Of a DNA stretch of 64,000 nt, positions 1 through 8,729 are shown in pieces (the stretch's first letter is position 1; every line of letters begins with the position of its first letter). The notes beneath the pieces are model-generated. The model saw only the letters and a program-made list of their open reading frames with translations. It made no database searches and was not told the DNA's origin. Location of the stretch: contig PLKG01000091.1 of the NCBI GenBank assembly GCA_003140595.1, forward strand, positions 3,647 through 67,646. Direction: 5' to 3'. The position numbers were made by a program, and so were the translations under genes. The stretch is from Acidimicrobiaceae bacterium (GTDB lineage: Bacteria; Actinomycetota; Acidimicrobiia; Acidimicrobiales; Bog-793).

Positions 1-80
1 CGGTCAAGAGCGGACTCGATGTCGCTACAGGTGGCCCAATCGGCACATCCGCCATAGGTGTTGATTAGCTACGGTGCCGC

Positions 81-1283
81 TCAGCCGCCGTTGGTGCCAA
101 GTAGCACCTGGCCGCGTGATCCCGTGACCTTGAGCAGCGTGGCGCGCGCCAGCGCCTGGATGTTGGCCGGAAGGGGAACATAGCCCTGGAGCGCTGCGAC
201 GTCTTGACCGGCGGTCGTGCCGTTGACTGCGCCCGAGTGCGACAGCCAGTCGAGGTACTTGACGAGCAGGGTTCCTTGGGCGTCGCTCGTCTGGTTGACC
301 TTCCAGACGATGGCCCAGGTGTATCCGGCGATCGGATATGCCGTTGCGCCCGGCTGCCAGTCGATCGAGAAGTTCGAGGTTGTGATGTCCGCCTTGGCAG
401 CCGCTGCCGCGGCAATTCCCGCAAGTGAGGGAGTCAGTGCCTTGCCCGCCTTGTTGACGATCGCCGCGACGCCCTTGAGCAGGCTCGGGTTGAGCAGGAC
501 ATAGGAGTACTCGACGTAGCCGATGGCATTGGGTGTGTTCTCGATGTCCGCCGCGACGCCCGCATTGCCGCTGCCCGCGACGCCGCCGGTGGGCAGGGTC
601 AGCACGGCCTTGGAGGGTTGGGTCGCCCACACCTTCGGAGCCGCGCTACGAAGGAAGTTCGTGAAGATGTACGTCGTACCGGAAGAGTCCGCGCGGGCGG
701 CGACGACAATCTTGGTGGCCGGCAGTTTGACCTTCGGGTTAAGTGCTTGGATCGCCGCACTGTTCCAGTTCGTGATGTGACCCTCGTAGATGTTGGCGAG
801 CACCGACGCTGTCAAGATGAGCGGCGTCTTCGCGCTCAGGCCGGCAAGGTTGTACGTGATCGCGACACCGCCCAGAGCAATCGGGACCTCGAGAAACGCT
901 GATGCCCTGATGTTGTAGCCGGAAGGCTCCTTTTGATAGATGTCGGTCTGGGACATCGGCACGTCGGTGCCGCCCCAGTCGACGACCTTCTTCAAGATAT
1001 CCGACTCGCCAGTTCCCGAACCGACCGCTTGATACCCGTTGATCGTCGCGTTTTGGGCGCGGGCCATGAACGCGGCCTGCGCGGCGTTCTGCAAGGGTGC
1101 GGCGAAGGTCGAACCTGCACCACCAATGGTCGCTGCCTTGTTCAACACCGTGTCGGCTGCAAGGTATCGGTCACCCGTTGTTGCGCGCGTACCCGCAAGT
1201 GCCGGCACCGCGACCATTGAAAGGGCAGTAACAGCTACCGCCGCTGCGGTTACTGCAAGCCGAACAGTCCTGTGGATCCTCAT
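81..1283 (-). CDS. pstS: Phosphate ABC transporter substrate-binding protein PstS
   Basis: ORF 81..1364. I place the start at the internal ATG 1283..1281. GGAGG lies 11 nt upstream (plus-strand cctcc 1295-1299) and the ATG opens a signal peptide MRIHRTVRLAVTAAAVAVTALSMVAVPALAG. PstS-type blocks: GAGSTFAAPL, YQAVGSGTGE, DWGGTDVPMS. Confidence 0.85.
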   Translation of the reverse strand: MRIHRTVRLAVTAAAVAVTALSMVAVPALAGTRATTGDRYLAADTVLNKAATIGGAGSTFAAPLQNAAQAAFMARAQNATINGYQAVGSGTGESDILKKVVDWGGTDVPMSQTDIYQKEPSGYNIRASAFLEVPIALGGVAITYNLAGLSAKTPLILTASVLANIYEGHITNWNSAAIQALNPKVKLPATKIVVAARADSSGTTYIFTNFLRSAAPKVWATQPSKAVLTLPTGGVAGSGNAGVAADIENTPNAIGYVEYSYVLLNPSLLKGVAAIVNKAGKALTPSLAGIAAAAAAKADITTSNFSIDWQPGATAYPIAGYTWAIVWKVNQTSDAQGTLLVKYLDWLSHSGAVNGTTAGQDVAALQGYVPLPANIQALARATLLKVTGSRGQVLLGTNGG

Positions 1284-1394
1284 CAGTCTCTCTACCTCCG
1301 TCGGGTCTCGTGCATCGGGTCTTGCGCGGCCACACCGTCGCCGCGCGCCGCGCGGCTGCCACATGCGTCCGTTACGACGACGCTACGAAAGCAA

Positions 1395-1475
1395 GATGAA
1401 CTGACAATGGCCCTGCCATGTTCGTCATCTGAACTCTGGGCCAACTTCCTAGGCCGAGGTTAACGCTGGGTGAAT
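1395..1475 (-). promoter_or_regulatory. PHO-box-like 11-nt direct repeats upstream of pstS (candidate PhoP operator)
   Basis: Minus-strand reading: ATTCACCCAGC-GTTAACCTCGG (plus 1454..1475), GTTCAGATGAC-GAACATGGCAG (plus 1413..1434), GTCAGTTCATC (plus 1395..1405). They lie 112-192 nt upstream of the pstS ATG. They resemble actinobacterial PHO-box units (GTTCA-core, 11-nt phasing). The match is imperfect. Confidence 0.25.
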
Positions 1476-1528
1476 TGGGCTTTGGCTGCGAGCTGAGCCG
1501 AAGGGGCGCCACAACTAAGGTGACCTGC

Positions 1529-2314
1529 ATGAGAATCCTCGTCACGGGGGCCGCCTCCGGCGTCGGAAGAGCCACCGCAGCTCTGCTCCAGGTTCGCGGG
1601 CACGATGTCATCGCGTCGGCCAGGAACCGCTCCGCGCTCGACGACCTTGAGGTCTCGGACCGGCTCAGCCTGGACGTGACCGACGCGGCGTCCGTGGACG
1701 AGGTCCGTCGAAAGCTCGGTTGGCTGGACGCTCTGGTCAACAATGCCGCGATCTCATTTCGTGGCCCGATCGAGCACGTCGAGATGCAACACGTCGAGCA
1801 GATGTTCGAGACCAACGTCTTCGGGCCGGTTCGCCTGATACAGGCCTTCGTGCCAGCCATGCGCAGCCGCCGCTCAGGCGTCGTGGTCAACATCTCCTCG
1901 GTGGCCGGACACGTCGCCCAACCTCTCAGCGGCTTTTACGCGGCCACCAAACACGCCTTGGAGGCGATCTCGGAGGCGCTCTACGTCGAGCTCGCCCATT
2001 TCGGCGTGCGGGTCGTCGTCATCGAGCCCGGGTTCATCGCACCGGGGATGAAGGACCAGGCGCCGGCCGGCGAGATCGGAGCCTATGACGAGCTTGACGT
2101 ACAGCTTGCCGAGGTCGCGCGCAAGATGCAGGGCGGCGCGCGTCCCGGACCCGAGCTCGTGGCGGGCGCGATAGCCGATGCCATCGAGGACGACGAGGGC
2201 CCCTTGCGCCGTCGCGTCGGGGACGACGCAAATTTGATCCTTTCCGCTCGCAGCACCCTCGGGGACGAGGAGTTCGAGAAGGCGATGCGCGCCGTCGCTG
2301 GTCTGTCCTGGTAG
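1529..2314 (+). CDS. Short-chain dehydrogenase/reductase (SDR family oxidoreductase)
   Basis: ORF 1475..2314; the likely start is MRILVTGAASGVGRA at 1529. It has a Rossmann TGxxxGxG motif, NNAA, and catalytic YAATK (YxxxK). Confidence 0.85.
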   Translation: MRILVTGAASGVGRATAALLQVRGHDVIASARNRSALDDLEVSDRLSLDVTDAASVDEVRRKLGWLDALVNNAAISFRGPIEHVEMQHVEQMFETNVFGPVRLIQAFVPAMRSRRSGVVVNISSVAGHVAQPLSGFYAATKHALEAISEALYVELAHFGVRVVVIEPGFIAPGMKDQAPAGEIGAYDELDVQLAEVARKMQGGARPGPELVAGAIADAIEDDEGPLRRRVGDDANLILSARSTLGDEEFEKAMRAVAGLSW

Positions 2315-2422
2315 GCGGTGAGCCGCGCTGTGGCACCATGCACGGCGCGAGCGTTGACGAGACCGTGGGCCTGCGCTCGGCCCGAGGACCTTGTTGCCTA
2401 GGCTCGGAGCCGTGAGCTGCCC

Positions 2423-3184
2423 GTGATCAAGGCCACGAAAGGCGCGCCCGCAGAGCCACCGCAGGGCACTTGTATCGACGGCGGCTCACCGTTGCCGCAG
2501 GGCAAAGCCAAGCAGGACCTCGTGCGGTCGATGTTCGACTCGATTGCACCGCATTACGACCTTGTCAATTTCCTGATGACCTTCGGGCTGGACACCCTGT
2601 GGCGCCGCCGGACGATCAAGATGTTGCAGCTCTCACCGGGCTCGGTCGTGCTCGACATCGGCTGCGGGACCGGGGACCTGGCCCGCAACCTCCGTCGCCG
2701 AGGCCACATGCCGGTCGGGATCGATCTCTCGCTCGGGATGCTCCGCGCCGCACGTTCGGGCGGTGCTCCCCTTCTTCAGGCCGACGCCGCGCAGCTCCCC
2801 GTCCCGGCCCGGGCAGTCGACGCGGTGGTCAGCGGGTTCGCAGTGCGCAACTTCGCCGACTTGATCGGTGTCACCAACGAGCTCGGCCGCGTGCTCCGCC
2901 CCGGAGGCAGACTGGCTCTGCTGGAGGTCGGTGAACCGCGCAGCCGGCTGCTGCGCCTCGGCCATCGTGTCTGGTTCGCCCATGTCGTGCCGCGACTCGG
3001 GGCGCTGTTGTCTGACCGCGCGGCCTACCGGTACCTGCCCCGGTCGGTGGCATACCTGCCGACGTTTGCGGCATTCGCCGGCCTTCTCCGTGATGCCGGT
3101 TTCACCGAGGTCGCGCACCATCGCCTGAGCGGCGGCATCGCCCAATGTGTGACCGCGACCCGGTCTGGTGGCGCCGGGTCATGA
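2423..3184 (+). CDS. menG: Demethylmenaquinone methyltransferase (UbiE/MenG family SAM methyltransferase)
   Basis: GTG start at 2423. The N-terminal block VRSMFDSIAPHYDLVNFLMTFG is typical of UbiE/MenG. SAM motif VLDIGCGTGD. The next gene is menF, joined by an ATGA junction. Confidence 0.85.
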   Translation: MIKATKGAPAEPPQGTCIDGGSPLPQGKAKQDLVRSMFDSIAPHYDLVNFLMTFGLDTLWRRRTIKMLQLSPGSVVLDIGCGTGDLARNLRRRGHMPVGIDLSLGMLRAARSGGAPLLQADAAQLPVPARAVDAVVSGFAVRNFADLIGVTNELGRVLRPGGRLALLEVGEPRSRLLRLGHRVWFAHVVPRLGALLSDRAAYRYLPRSVAYLPTFAAFAGLLRDAGFTEVAHHRLSGGIAQCVTATRSGGAGS

Positions 3185-4494
3185 GCCGTCTGGCAATCGG
3201 GCTCTGCTATGGCGTCAGCCCCATCGACACCGACACGCTGGCGCGTTTGCGGGCGCATGCTTACCAGGCCGGACGCGTCATCGAGCGTGAGGGACTCATG
3301 ATTCTCGGCTTTCGGACTGCGGCGGTGCTAGGCCTTCCGGGCGGCCTGGCGGACCCGCCCGGCCTCAGGCTTGCCGTTGCTGATCTCGCGACGATCCCTC
3401 CCCTTTGTGACACCGGATCGGCCGAGGCGTCGGCCGAGGCCGGTGACAACCAAGACGCTCAGCCGGTACCTATCGCGCTCGGCGCGCTCGCCTTCGAGCG
3501 CCTGGCACAGGGCGAGCTCCTCGTCCCGGAGGTGACGGTGGTCGCACGCGACGACAGCACGCCGTTGGTGGTGGTCGTCGCGCCGCCGGAACGTGTCCGT
3601 GAACTGCTCGATGGTCTGCCAGACGTCGTCGCGCCCGGACATTCGACCGAGCCGACCCCGCCCCCCGACCAGTTCCGGCTCGCGTCGGCCCGACCTCATC
3701 AGGACTTCCTGGACAGGGTGAGTGCTGCATTGGCCGAGATCGCGACCGGGAGCCTCGACAAGATCGTTCTTGCCCGGGAGGTGACAGTGCACGCGAACCG
3801 CCCGCTGCGCCAGTCAGACCTCCTCGGGCGCCTCCGGGCGCTGCACCCCTCTTGTACCTCGTTCGCCATTGACGGCTTCATCGGCGCCACCCCCGAGCTG
3901 CTTCTCAGCCGGTACGGGGCCCGGATCGCCTCCATGCCTCTCGCGGGGACTGCGGCGCGCAGTGGTGACCCGGACTCCGATCGCAGAGCCGAGTCCGCTC
4001 TCCTGGGTTCGGTCAAGGAGCGCTCCGAACACCGCGTCGTCGTCGACGCGATCACCTCGGCTCTCGGTCCGGTGGTCGAGCGACTCGAGGTGCCCGACGG
4101 ACCGGTCGTTCGCGAGCTCCGCAACGTGAGCCACCTCGGGACCTCGATAACAGGCACGCTCGCCCGGCGCGGCGGCGGTTACCCGAGCGCGCTGGACCTC
4201 GTCGGTCTCCTCCATCCCACTCCCGCTGTGGCGGGCACGCCCGTGGACCTTGCTCTCGACTACCTGGCCAAGCTCGAGGAACTTGACCGTGACCGATATG
4301 CCGGACCGGTCGGCTGGGTCGACGCCCGGGGAGACGGGGAGTGGTACCTCGGGATCCGCTCGGCGATCGTAGAGGGGAGCTCCGCAAGGCTGTTCGCCGG
4401 GGTGGGGATAGTCGCTGACTCCGATCCCGCCGCAGAGCTCGCCGAGACCCAGCTCAAGCTCCAGGCCTTTCTCGCCGCGGCTGTGCGTCCCTGA
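3181..4494 (+). CDS. menF: Isochorismate synthase (menaquinone-specific, MenF)
   Basis: ORF 3145..4494. ATG 3181 overlaps the menG stop as ATGA. Chorismate-binding C-terminal blocks: LHPTPAVAGTP, DRDRYAGPVGWVDARGDGEW, GIRSA, AGVGIVADSDP. Confidence 0.85.
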   Translation: MSRLAIGLCYGVSPIDTDTLARLRAHAYQAGRVIEREGLMILGFRTAAVLGLPGGLADPPGLRLAVADLATIPPLCDTGSAEASAEAGDNQDAQPVPIALGALAFERLAQGELLVPEVTVVARDDSTPLVVVVAPPERVRELLDGLPDVVAPGHSTEPTPPPDQFRLASARPHQDFLDRVSAALAEIATGSLDKIVLAREVTVHANRPLRQSDLLGRLRALHPSCTSFAIDGFIGATPELLLSRYGARIASMPLAGTAARSGDPDSDRRAESALLGSVKERSEHRVVVDAITSALGPVVERLEVPDGPVVRELRNVSHLGTSITGTLARRGGGYPSALDLVGLLHPTPAVAGTPVDLALDYLAKLEELDRDRYAGPVGWVDARGDGEWYLGIRSAIVEGSSARLFAGVGIVADSDPAAELAETQLKLQAFLAAAVRP

Positions 4495-5341
4495 AGCCGG
4501 ATGCGAGCGTGGAGTAGCTGCGCACCACCTCGGCGATCTTCTCGGGTTGATCGAACGGGAGAAGGTGGCCGCCGGCCATGACGACGAGCTCGGCGCCCGG
4601 TACCTGCGCGGCGAGCGAGCGAGATGCCGAGACAGGCACCACGCGGTCCGACGCACCCGTCACAACCGCGGTCGGAACCGCTAGGCGACACAGCGAGCGT
4701 TCGAGGCCCGGCGTCTCAGCCAGGAGCGCACGCTGCTCGACCAGGAAGCTCCGCCTCGATCTTCCGACCATTGGGCGGCCATCGGTCCCGATCGCCGCCT
4801 GAACCGTCGGCAGGATCGAGACCATGTGCGCTACCCGGAACCCGGGATGGCGCCGCGAGACCTGCGTCGCGGCTATTAGCGCCCGCCGGAGGGCGGCGAC
4901 GCCGGCTCGGACAATGCCGTTTCCCAGAAGTGGGACCCCCAACAAGCGATCGAATCCCGAGAGCGACCCTGCCACGCCGACCGAGCCCACCAGCACGAGC
5001 GCGCCGACCCGCTCGGGATGCTTCAGGGCGAGCGCAATCGCGACGCCTCCGCCGAGCGAGTGGCCGACGACTGTGACAGGGCTCTGTGCACCGGCCGCCT
5101 CCAGCAGCTGCTCGAGCATTTCGGCGTTGGCAGCGATGCCGAGAGCCGCACGATCGTCGGCTCCCCACCCGGGTCGGTCCGGCGCGATCACGCGATGGTC
5201 CGCCGACAACAGGTCCGCGAGCGCCCGCCAGTCACCTCCCGCACCCGGCTGGCCGTGCACCAGCACCACGACTGGCCCGGCACCGGAGTCGATCGGCGCA
5301 ATCGATCCGCCAAAGGCGGCGCGTGCGCCTTCCTCGCTCAC
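4454..5341 (-). CDS. Alpha/beta-fold hydrolase
   Basis: ORF 4454..5761, but its first ~140 codons overlap the upstream GT2 gene in another frame. GTG 5341..5339 overlaps that gene's TGA (GTGA junction). Motifs: VVLVHGQPG, nucleophile elbow GHSLGG, PDRPGWG. The 3' end overlaps menF convergently (4454..4494). Confidence 0.8.
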   Translation of the reverse strand: MSEEGARAAFGGSIAPIDSGAGPVVVLVHGQPGAGGDWRALADLLSADHRVIAPDRPGWGADDRAALGIAANAEMLEQLLEAAGAQSPVTVVGHSLGGGVAIALALKHPERVGALVLVGSVGVAGSLSGFDRLLGVPLLGNGIVRAGVAALRRALIAATQVSRRHPGFRVAHMVSILPTVQAAIGTDGRPMVGRSRRSFLVEQRALLAETPGLERSLCRLAVPTAVVTGASDRVVPVSASRSLAAQVPGAELVVMAGGHLLPFDQPEKIAEVVRSYSTLASGFRDAQPRRERPGA

Positions 5342-6102
5342 CGCGACGAACGCGACGGCGCTACAGCGCGTGCGACTCTGCCGCCGCTGAGCCGAGCGGC
5401 GACCCTTTTGACGCCCCACCACGTGACGAGAGCCAGTGCCTCCACCACCGTGGAGGTCGACATCTTGGACGTGCCTAGCTCCCGGTCGACGAAACGGATC
5501 GGCACCTCGCGCACCTTGGCGCCCACCCCGATCGCGCGGTAGGTCATCTCGATCTGAAACCCGTAGCCGCCGGCCCGGACCGAGCCCACGTCGATGCGAC
5601 GAAGGACCGTCGCCGCATAGGCCCTGAATCCTGCGGTCGAGTCTCGCACACCCAGGCCGAGCGCGAGATCTGCATAGATGTTCCCGCCCCGGGACAGAAC
5701 CCGGCGTGGCAAGCTCCAGTTCGGTATCGAACCGCCGGGGACATAGCGCGACCCGATGCACACCTCGTAACCCTCGACGAGCGGCGCAACAATGGTGGGA
5801 AGGGCATCAGGATCGTGCGAGAAATCCGAGTCCATCTCGATCATCGCCTCGTAACCCCGCTCGAGCCCCCACTTGAACCCGTCCCGATAGGCACTGCCGA
5901 GGCCCAGCTTGCCGGGCCGTGAGAGGATGTCCACCCTGCCGAATTTCTCGCCGAACTCCGCGGCGATCTTGGCCGTCCCGTCAGGGCTGTTGTCGTCGAC
6001 GACTAAGACGGACGCTTCCGGCAGCGCCTTGCGGACGCGCTCGAGGATGTTCTCGATTGTGGCAGCTTCGTTGAAAGTAGGCAGTACAACGAGAACGCGC
6101 AC
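5338..6102 (-). CDS. Polyprenol-phosphate mannosyltransferase-like family 2 glycosyltransferase (Ppm1/DPM1-like)
   Basis: MRVLVVLPTFNEAATI..., VLVVDDNSPDGT, DSDFSHDP (DxD-type). The size of 254 aa is typical of polyprenyl-phosphate sugar synthases. Confidence 0.8.
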   Translation of the reverse strand: MRVLVVLPTFNEAATIENILERVRKALPEASVLVVDDNSPDGTAKIAAEFGEKFGRVDILSRPGKLGLGSAYRDGFKWGLERGYEAMIEMDSDFSHDPDALPTIVAPLVEGYEVCIGSRYVPGGSIPNWSLPRRVLSRGGNIYADLALGLGVRDSTAGFRAYAATVLRRIDVGSVRAGGYGFQIEMTYRAIGVGAKVREVPIRFVDRELGTSKMSTSTVVEALALVTWWGVKRVAARLSGGRVARAVAPSRSSR

Positions 6103-6172
6103 GCCTGCAGCTTATGGTCAAACTGGCGACTGACAGGATCGGCCCGCCACAGTGCCCCAGCGAGCCTCCACT

Positions 6173-7354
6173 CTAGTGGGCCGGTGTGGAGGCGCCGGTT
6201 GATCCCCCGGCGCTGACAGCAAGCTCGTCTTGGAGGGGCTCGCCGGAGGACCCGGCCGATTGGTGCTCGGTCCATAGGTCCCTCGCGATCACCTGAATGG
6301 CGCTCGCCGCAGGAACCGCGAGCAGAGCGCCCACAAGACCACCGAGGGTGGACCCGACGATCCCGCCCAGCTCGACACCGACAAGGATCGCCAGCAACAC
6401 CCAGAGAGGATTGAGGCGAACGGTCCGGCTCATCACCACAGGATTGAGGATATGGTTCTCCAGCTGTTGATAGACCAGGAACACCACAAGGGTCACTATC
6501 CCCGCCGGCAACGAATGCAGCAGGGCGACGGCCACAGTCGGCACGCCGGCCAAAAGCCCGCCCACAAGAGGGAGGAAGTCCACGACGCCCACCCAGATCG
6601 CGAGCACTCCCGCGTACGGGACGCCGGTGAGCCGCAGGGTCACGAAGACGACGATTCCCGCGATCAATGAGGTCGCGAGGTTTCCGAGCATGTAGCCGGC
6701 CACGGCTTGACCCACGTTGCCCAAGATCTTGTACACCCGAGCGGAGCGCTCGGGATGCATCCAATTGAGAACGCCACGGATCATCCGTGGCGCCTCGAGG
6801 AGGATGAAAAAGGTAAGTACGCCGACGGTGAAGAGCGCGACGAACCCGCTCACGACTGTCTTGCCTACCGCAAGGGCCGGGCGACCGAGGCCGCTGATCA
6901 AGGTCTCGAGCCGCGGCACGTTCTTTTTGACGTAGCTCTCCAGATGCAGGCGCTGCACCAGGTGACCGATCTGTCCTTTGCCGTGCTGCGCCTGGCGGAC
7001 GAGGCTCGGCAGCTGCTTCGCGAAGCTCGTTGCTGAGGTATAGACCGGATGCACGAGGACATATCCGACCGTGCCCATCACCGCGGCCGAGAAGAAGAAC
7101 ACGACGACGGTGGCTATCCCGCGGCGGATCCCCCGGCGTTCCACGAAGCTGACAGCGGGGTGAAGGAGGGCACCCAGGAACAGGGACACAACTATCAACA
7201 GGACGACGATCCGCAGCCGCCACAAAAGGGCCAGAGCGAGGCCTACGGTCACAACAGCGCCCGTCGCGATGAACGCCGTGCGCGCGACCCGGAGGTCTTG
7301 GGCGTGCCGTCTTCCGGAGTGATCGAACTCCCGGTCGACTCTCTGCTCGGGCAC
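6173..7354 (-). CDS. AI-2E family transporter (PerM/UPF0118 membrane protein)
   Basis: 393 aa, about 8 hydrophobic segments. The C-terminal block GGLVGALLAVPAASAIQV is typical of the family. Confidence 0.75.
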   Translation of the reverse strand: MPEQRVDREFDHSGRRHAQDLRVARTAFIATGAVVTVGLALALLWRLRIVVLLIVVSLFLGALLHPAVSFVERRGIRRGIATVVVFFFSAAVMGTVGYVLVHPVYTSATSFAKQLPSLVRQAQHGKGQIGHLVQRLHLESYVKKNVPRLETLISGLGRPALAVGKTVVSGFVALFTVGVLTFFILLEAPRMIRGVLNWMHPERSARVYKILGNVGQAVAGYMLGNLATSLIAGIVVFVTLRLTGVPYAGVLAIWVGVVDFLPLVGGLLAGVPTVAVALLHSLPAGIVTLVVFLVYQQLENHILNPVVMSRTVRLNPLWVLLAILVGVELGGIVGSTLGGLVGALLAVPAASAIQVIARDLWTEHQSAGSSGEPLQDELAVSAGGSTGASTPAH

Positions 7355-7508
7355 CGCCTCAAGTCAACTCCATGCAGGACCGGCAAGGGTTGATCCAAAG
7401 CCACGACCCGAGCCGCCGCGACCCCTCGAGCGCGTCGCTCCCGACGCGAAACGGGCGCACGGTCGCCGGCTGTCGCCCAGACCTGCTCGCGCCTGCAAGC
7501 ATGGTGCC

Positions 7509-8729
7509 ATGGGCGACTCACCCGAGCACGACGGGCCAGTTGCTGGCCTGACCGCGCCACACCGTCGCCACAACCTGCTCGGATGGATACCCAAGCCGCT
7601 GCGTCACGGCATCACGGTCTTCGTGCTTCTGCTCTTTGTCGAGTACGTCGCCATTCCCAGTTTCCTGCACTCAAAGGCGCGCTCGTCCCTGAGCCAGTTG
7701 GGCCGCGTCAATTTCGCGTGGTTCCTCGCCGGCATCGCCCTCGAAGCCGGGGCGCTCGTCGCGTACGCCCGCCTGACACAGTCGGTGCTTCCGAACGACG
7801 GCCCAGGACTCTCACGGGTTCTTCGCATCGACCTGTCGACACTCGCTGTGAGCCACGTGATCCCCGGCGGAACCGCCGGGGGCACCGGGCTCGGCTACCG
7901 GCTCCTCACCTCGAGCGGGGTGAGCGGCCCCGATGCGGGTTTCGCACTGGCGACCCAGGGGATCGGCTCGGCCGTGGTCCTCAACGCCATGCTCTGGGTC
8001 GCACTGGTGATATCGATTCCGCTCCACGGCTTCAATAGCGCCTATGTGACCGTCGCGGTAGTGGGCGCGGTGCTGCTCGCCGCATTGGCCACGCTCGTCT
8101 TGTCGCTCACCCGAGGAGAGGCCCATGCCGTCCGGGCCCTACGGGCCGTTGCCAGGCGCTTGCCATGGGTCACCGAAGAGCAGATGGAAAAGCTCGTCCA
8201 ACGCCTCTCCACGCGACTGCGGACGCTCGCATCGGACAAGCGGCTGCTCAAGAACGCGGTGTCATGGGCAGCCGCCAACTGGCTGCTCGACGCGGCTGCG
8301 CTGTGGGTTTTCGTCGCCGCCTACGGGCACGTCACGAGACCCATCGATCTTTTCGTCGCCTACGGGGTGGCGAACGTCCTGGCGGCGGTGCCGCTGACTC
8401 CGGGAGGCCTTGGCATCGTCGAGGCGGTGGCCGCAACCTCGCTAATCGGCTTCGGCGTCCCGGCGGGCATTGCCTGGCTTGGGGTGATCTCATGGCGCCT
8501 GTTCAATTTCTGGCTGCCAATCCCCGTCGGTGCTGGCGCCTACCTGTCCCTGCGAGTCAGCCGTGGCGCGGGCCTCAAGGAGCGCCGCGACGCGCTCGGG
8601 GGCATGACGAGGGCAAGGTACGCCTCAAACCCGCCGACGGGTGAGACGGCGGCCGTCAGGCCAGACCGGCCTCCTCACAGGCCAGGACCTGCATCTCCTC
8701 CGGCCCCGTCGGCACCACCTCAAGGCTGA
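7509..8729 (+). CDS. Flippase-like membrane protein (UPF0104 / lysylphosphatidylglycerol-synthase TM-domain family)
   Basis: Polytopic. Repeated PGG motifs: HVIPGGTAGGTG and LTPGGLGIVEA. Pro-rich C-terminal tail. The 3' end overlaps ppx convergently (8656..8729). Confidence 0.7.
   Translation: MGDSPEHDGPVAGLTAPHRRHNLLGWIPKPLRHGITVFVLLLFVEYVAIPSFLHSKARSSLSQLGRVNFAWFLAGIALEAGALVAYARLTQSVLPNDGPGLSRVLRIDLSTLAVSHVIPGGTAGGTGLGYRLLTSSGVSGPDAGFALATQGIGSAVVLNAMLWVALVISIPLHGFNSAYVTVAVVGAVLLAALATLVLSLTRGEAHAVRALRAVARRLPWVTEEQMEKLVQRLSTRLRTLASDKRLLKNAVSWAAANWLLDAAALWVFVAAYGHVTRPIDLFVAYGVANVLAAVPLTPGGLGIVEAVAATSLIGFGVPAGIAWLGVISWRLFNFWLPIPVGAGAYLSLRVSRGAGLKERRDALGGMTRARYASNPPTGETAAVRPDRPPHRPGPASPPAPSAPPQG

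Noticed and set aside
1-55. Possible 5' end of pstC downstream of pstS (minus-strand ATG 55..53, MADVPIGPPVATSSPLLT)
   Set aside because: The position fits a pstSCAB operon. However, only 18 codons are visible, there is no SD, third codon positions are not strongly GC-biased, and there is no diagnostic motif. It cannot be supported from this window.
5342-5761. N-terminal 140 codons of ORF 4454..5761
   Set aside because: They overlap the well-supported GT2 gene in another frame and are Arg-rich nonsense. The hydrolase homology starts only after the GTGA junction at 5341.
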